DNA of 19,996 nucleotides from a virus: UHGV virus genome UHGV-0195695; one strand, 5' to 3'. Shown piece by piece: positions 16,728 to 19,996 of this stretch (position 1 is its first letter; each line of letters starts with the position of its first letter). The notes under the pieces were generated by a model. It saw only the letters and a program-made list of their open reading frames with translations, ran no database searches and was not told where the DNA came from. The position numbers and the translations under genes were made by a program.

Positions 16728-19483
16728 TGAAACAGGCATGTGTTGAAGCTATTGCGCAGACACTTGGTCGCCAGCCAAAGGCTGATGAGCTGAAAAATAT
16801 CGAAGATCGTATCAAAGAAGCTGTGCGGCAAGTGCACAGAAAGAATGCAATGGAAGGCAAAAGTGGTATTCCTGATGCTCAAACATACATGGATGCTGCA
16901 GAACTGGTTCGCCAGCGTGTGGTTCATGATGTGTACAAGAAAAGACAGCGTGTTGCCCAGAATGCGATCGCCATCAGTAAAATTACTGACACTCTCGATG
17001 CTAACATCCCGCCTGATCAGCAGACACCTGTTAATTTGCAGCAGTTTATTTTTGCTGGCCGACGATCGAGAGACAAAGCTGATATCTCCGTTACTTCTGC
17101 TGAAGAGCTTGCAATTGGGGCATATCAGGACTGGTCCCGTCAGCTCAGTGCTGAACTTCTAAAAGCAGGTGATGACGTCCGCAAATTCTTCGAGCAGAGC
17201 AGGGCGCTTGGAGAGCAGCGGTTTCGGAGTGTATTCGACAGGCAGGCGGCAAAGTCTGCACAACTCCAGATCCTGAAAGAAATATATGGCGAAGATACCG
17301 GGAATCCCCTGGCGAAGAAAATTGCACAGATTTGGAAGGATGTAACAGGCCGTGTTCGTCATGAGATGAACGACAATGGCTTTGACATAGGCCTGCGAGA
17401 AGACTGGCATACGCCATATGTGGATGATGCTGACCTTATTCGCAATGCCGGGCGCGAAGAATGGCTGGCATCGTTACCAGTGGCAGAGCAAGCTACAGCA
17501 CGTCTTTCAGGTCGCCAGCCACCGATTGAGTTTGCCCGCCAGAAATGGGTTGATGACGCTTACAACACGCAGGATCGCAGCAATTACGTTAATCCTGACG
17601 GCAGCATTATGAATGACGTCGAGTACCGTCAGGCACTGGAAGCGATCTTTGAAACGAAGGCCACTGATGGGGCAAACAAAATTGAGCCTGGTACATTTAT
17701 GGGAGCCGGAGGAATAAAGAGCCGTGGTTCTCAGCACAGGGTGATGGCGTTCAAGGATGCGCAGTCACACTTCGCCTATATGGAGCGATACACTCAGCAG
17801 CCGCTGGTGGGGGTGATGATGTCGCACCTGCAATCATCATCCAGGGATTTGGGCGTCGTTAAAGCCTTTGGTCCGGACGCCGAAAGAAACTTTTCCCTGG
17901 TACTGGATCGCATCTATAAGCGCGCAGTAACAGGCGGGAAACGCAAAAAAGAAATGGAGGATGAGGCCAAATTAGTTGCCCGTATGTTCAACTCAATGGC
18001 TGGCCTAAATGGTGTCGCTTCATCGAGTGTGTTCTCTTCAGCAGTTGGTGGTCTGCGTAACCTGATGACCAGCGCCATGCTTGGCACCAGCGTACTGACA
18101 GCAACCAGCGACCAGGCAATTATGCGGGCAAATGCGCAGGCGCTGGGCTTTACCCGTGGTGGAATGCGGCTTTCCGTTAACACTATCAAAAACCTGTTTA
18201 GTGGAGATGCCAAAAAGGCGAATGCTGAACTCGGTCTGCTGGTGGATTCACATGCTGCTGTGGTTTCGAAAATGGGCGGGTTTGACTTGTCTCGCGGCAT
18301 AACTGGCTGGTTCGCAGAGAAGACACTGAAGTGGTCCGGGCTGATCGCTATGGACCGCGCAAACAAAGCGTCGTTTGGTCTCCTGATGTACAAAAACATT
18401 GGCGAGCTGACCAGAAAATTTAAGACGCTGGACGATATGAAAGGAACCGATAAAACCATTCTGGCTAACAAGGGATGGAGCAATGAGGACTGGGCCATCA
18501 TGGCAGCGGCAGAACTCAGGCCGATGACTACTGCCGGGCATATGGGGATGACGCCAGACGCGATTTACGCTGTGCCCGATAACGTAATAGCCGACATTAT
18601 GGCAGACCGTATTACCCGGATTCGTGCCGGGAGTGAAAAGGCACTGGCAGCCCTTGGAGATCTCCCTCCAGAACGCCTGAAACGGATGAAAGAAGCATTC
18701 GACGCTGAGGCTGAGCAGACCATCACGCGCATGATTCGTAATGCACGCGCTGAAGCAGCCCAGAAATTGCTGGGAATTACGCACGGTGAGATGACCAATG
18801 CTGTGACCACCGCTACGGGTATTGATACATATGCCCGTGATGATGCTGGCGAGTTAATGAAGAGCTTCATGCTCTTCAAAACAACCCCATTTGCTGGATT
18901 TCGGCAACTTGTTAACAGAACACGGGATTTGGACACCGTTCCGGCCATTAAATTTCTGGCCTCATATATCGGGGGAACAACTCTTGCTGGTATGTTTGCG
19001 ATCCAGATGAACAGTTTGTTAAATGGTAATGATCCGCTGGATATGACAAAACCAACCACATGGGTTCAGGCTTTACTGAAAGGTGGTTCGTTCGGTATCT
19101 ACGGTGATTTTATTTTCCAGGACTATACGCAATATGGCTCCAGCATCGGTGCCACTATGGGGGGCCCTGTGTTGAGCTTTGCAGAGCAGTTAACAAAATT
19201 ACTGATTACTAACCCACAGAAGGCTCTACAGGGTGAAGAAACATCATTCGGTGCCGATGCACTGAAAACAGCCCGCATGATCACCCCATTCGCAAACCTG
19301 TGGTATGCGAAAGCGATAACCAATCACCTGATATTGCAACAACTTCAGGAGATGGCAAACCCTGGTTACAATGATCGAGTAAGGGACCGCTCGCAACGGG
19401 AGTTCGACATAACGAGTTGGTGGGAACCGGGTGCTATTGCGCCACGTAGAGCACCGGATTTTGGAAAGGCGGTGGGGAACTGA
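16727..19483 (+). CDS. Large hypothetical protein (918 aa)
   Basis: ATG 16727 overlaps the upstream TAA (taATG) with GAGGAA RBS 8 nt upstream; the track ORF begins further 5' at a GTG (16706), which I consider less likely. No NTPase or nuclease motif recognised. Confidence 0.8.
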   Translation: MKQACVEAIAQTLGRQPKADELKNIEDRIKEAVRQVHRKNAMEGKSGIPDAQTYMDAAELVRQRVVHDVYKKRQRVAQNAIAISKITDTLDANIPPDQQTPVNLQQFIFAGRRSRDKADISVTSAEELAIGAYQDWSRQLSAELLKAGDDVRKFFEQSRALGEQRFRSVFDRQAAKSAQLQILKEIYGEDTGNPLAKKIAQIWKDVTGRVRHEMNDNGFDIGLREDWHTPYVDDADLIRNAGREEWLASLPVAEQATARLSGRQPPIEFARQKWVDDAYNTQDRSNYVNPDGSIMNDVEYRQALEAIFETKATDGANKIEPGTFMGAGGIKSRGSQHRVMAFKDAQSHFAYMERYTQQPLVGVMMSHLQSSSRDLGVVKAFGPDAERNFSLVLDRIYKRAVTGGKRKKEMEDEAKLVARMFNSMAGLNGVASSSVFSSAVGGLRNLMTSAMLGTSVLTATSDQAIMRANAQALGFTRGGMRLSVNTIKNLFSGDAKKANAELGLLVDSHAAVVSKMGGFDLSRGITGWFAEKTLKWSGLIAMDRANKASFGLLMYKNIGELTRKFKTLDDMKGTDKTILANKGWSNEDWAIMAAAELRPMTTAGHMGMTPDAIYAVPDNVIADIMADRITRIRAGSEKALAALGDLPPERLKRMKEAFDAEAEQTITRMIRNARAEAAQKLLGITHGEMTNAVTTATGIDTYARDDAGELMKSFMLFKTTPFAGFRQLVNRTRDLDTVPAIKFLASYIGGTTLAGMFAIQMNSLLNGNDPLDMTKPTTWVQALLKGGSFGIYGDFIFQDYTQYGSSIGATMGGPVLSFAEQLTKLLITNPQKALQGEETSFGADALKTARMITPFANLWYAKAITNHLILQQLQEMANPGYNDRVRDRSQREFDITSWWEPGAIAPRRAPDFGKAVGN

Positions 19484-19797
19484 TGACGAGAGATAAAATT
19501 GAATATATTGCTTCTCTTAAATATGAAGCTGAGAAATGGAGAAGGATTGGCGGGTGGGGAACATTAATATCACTCTCTGCTTTACTTATAGACTCCTGGT
19601 TCAGACATATTGATGCAGCATCATTACTTTTTGAATCAGCAGTACTTGGTGGATTCATTTGCTGTTGGGGTGGTAATTATGATCGGGCGTCCAAACATAA
19701 GAGAGAACTTGACGCGATATGTTTTGCTTTATTCGGTAAGGATTACGAAAGTTCTGACCTTGATATAATTGAATTCAACAAAACGGAACTATCGTGA
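19483..19797 (+). CDS. Small hydrophobic protein (104 aa), probably membrane-associated
   Basis: tgATGa overlap with the upstream stop; GGGGA RBS; two hydrophobic segments (GGWGTLISLSALLIDSWF, ASLLFESAVLGGFICCWGG); AT-rich composition. Confidence 0.55.
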   Translation: MTRDKIEYIASLKYEAEKWRRIGGWGTLISLSALLIDSWFRHIDAASLLFESAVLGGFICCWGGNYDRASKHKRELDAICFALFGKDYESSDLDIIEFNKTELS

Positions 19798-19806
19798 CAT
19801 GTCACA

Positions 19807-19830
19807 GGCCGCTTTCGCGGCCTTGTTTTT
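19807..19830 (+). terminator. Intrinsic terminator ending the distal operon
   Basis: Perfect stem GGCCGC(19807-19812)/GCGGCC(19817-19822) with TTTC loop, followed by TTGTTTTT (19823-19830). Confidence 0.7.
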
Positions 19831-19990
19831 AACGAATGCCACCGCCGCCCGGGCGGGAATCAGCAGAACGCCCACCGCAGCGGGAGCCGTCAGCGGCAGT
19901 ATCGCTGTCGTGCTGACAACGACCGGCAAAGGCCTGAGTTGAAGCCACCAGAGACAACAAAACGAACAGTGCAGCAAATGCTTTTTTCAT
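19829..19990 (-). CDS. Small secreted protein or lipoprotein-like ORF (53 aa) with N-terminal signal peptide; likely flanking gene
   Basis: Minus-strand ORF MKKAFAALFVLLSLVASTQAFA/GRCQHDSDTAADGSRCGG... with a typical signal peptide (KK, hydrophobic core, AFA cleavage motif). Preferred over the overlapping 62-aa track ORF in another frame. The start is 6 nt from the window edge, so the upstream context is not visible. Confidence 0.45.
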   Translation of the reverse strand: MKKAFAALFVLLSLVASTQAFAGRCQHDSDTAADGSRCGGRSADSRPGGGGIR

Positions 19991-19996
19991 TGTGAC

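Larger units (their letters stand above)
697..19830. mobile_element. Integrated P4/PICI-type phage-satellite-like element (boundaries not resolved)
   Basis: Gene content and order (P4-type int, AlpA, antirepressors, primase/helicase-like Rep next to iterons, SSB), strong compositional heterogeneity and cargo-like distal genes. No att repeats or tRNA identified, so the ends given are approximate. Confidence 0.5.

Noticed and set aside
17914-19059. Minus-strand track ORFs 17914..18501, 18248..18784 and 18565..19059 (and similar antisense ORFs at 8662..9500, 10015..10673, 12190..12555)
   Set aside because: They lie antisense inside long, well-supported plus-strand genes, overlap one another and lack RBS; they are typical shadow ORFs.
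12136-19483. Helicase/ATPase or nuclease identity for the three giant proteins, as expected for many large defence proteins
   Set aside because: I scanned all three for GxxxxGK[ST] and hhhhDE motifs and found none (GKG and GGKRKK variants only), so an NTPase-driven system is not supported by sequence.
19789-19977. 62-aa minus-strand track ORF
   Set aside because: It is in a different frame from the overlapping ORF with a canonical signal peptide (19829..19990) and has a compositionally odd product (Cys/Trp-rich N-terminus); the signal-peptide frame is preferred.

Overview
The window looks like most of an integrated P4/PICI-type phage-satellite-like element from an enterobacterial chromosome, read entirely from sequence with no searches run. 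Left to right: a non-coding left flank with a GCGGGTTAT iteron cluster and TGTACATA repeat arrays; a P4-family tyrosine integrase; a low-GC orphan ORF; AlpA; three antirepressor-type genes (Rha-like, AntA-like, Bro-N); a divergently transcribed small regulator with palindromic operators; an Icd-like protein and two small ORFs; a DUF927-type primase/helicase-like replication protein followed by a second iteron cluster (candidate ori); SSB; a ProQ/FinO-domain protein; then an intrinsic terminator. The distal 8 kb is the part worth most attention: a tightly translationally coupled operon of three very large ORFs (843, 686 and 918 aa) plus small flanking ORFs, with no NTPase motifs, a compositional mosaic inside the middle gene, and no function I can assign. 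Element boundaries, att sites and any tRNA target are not resolved in this window.
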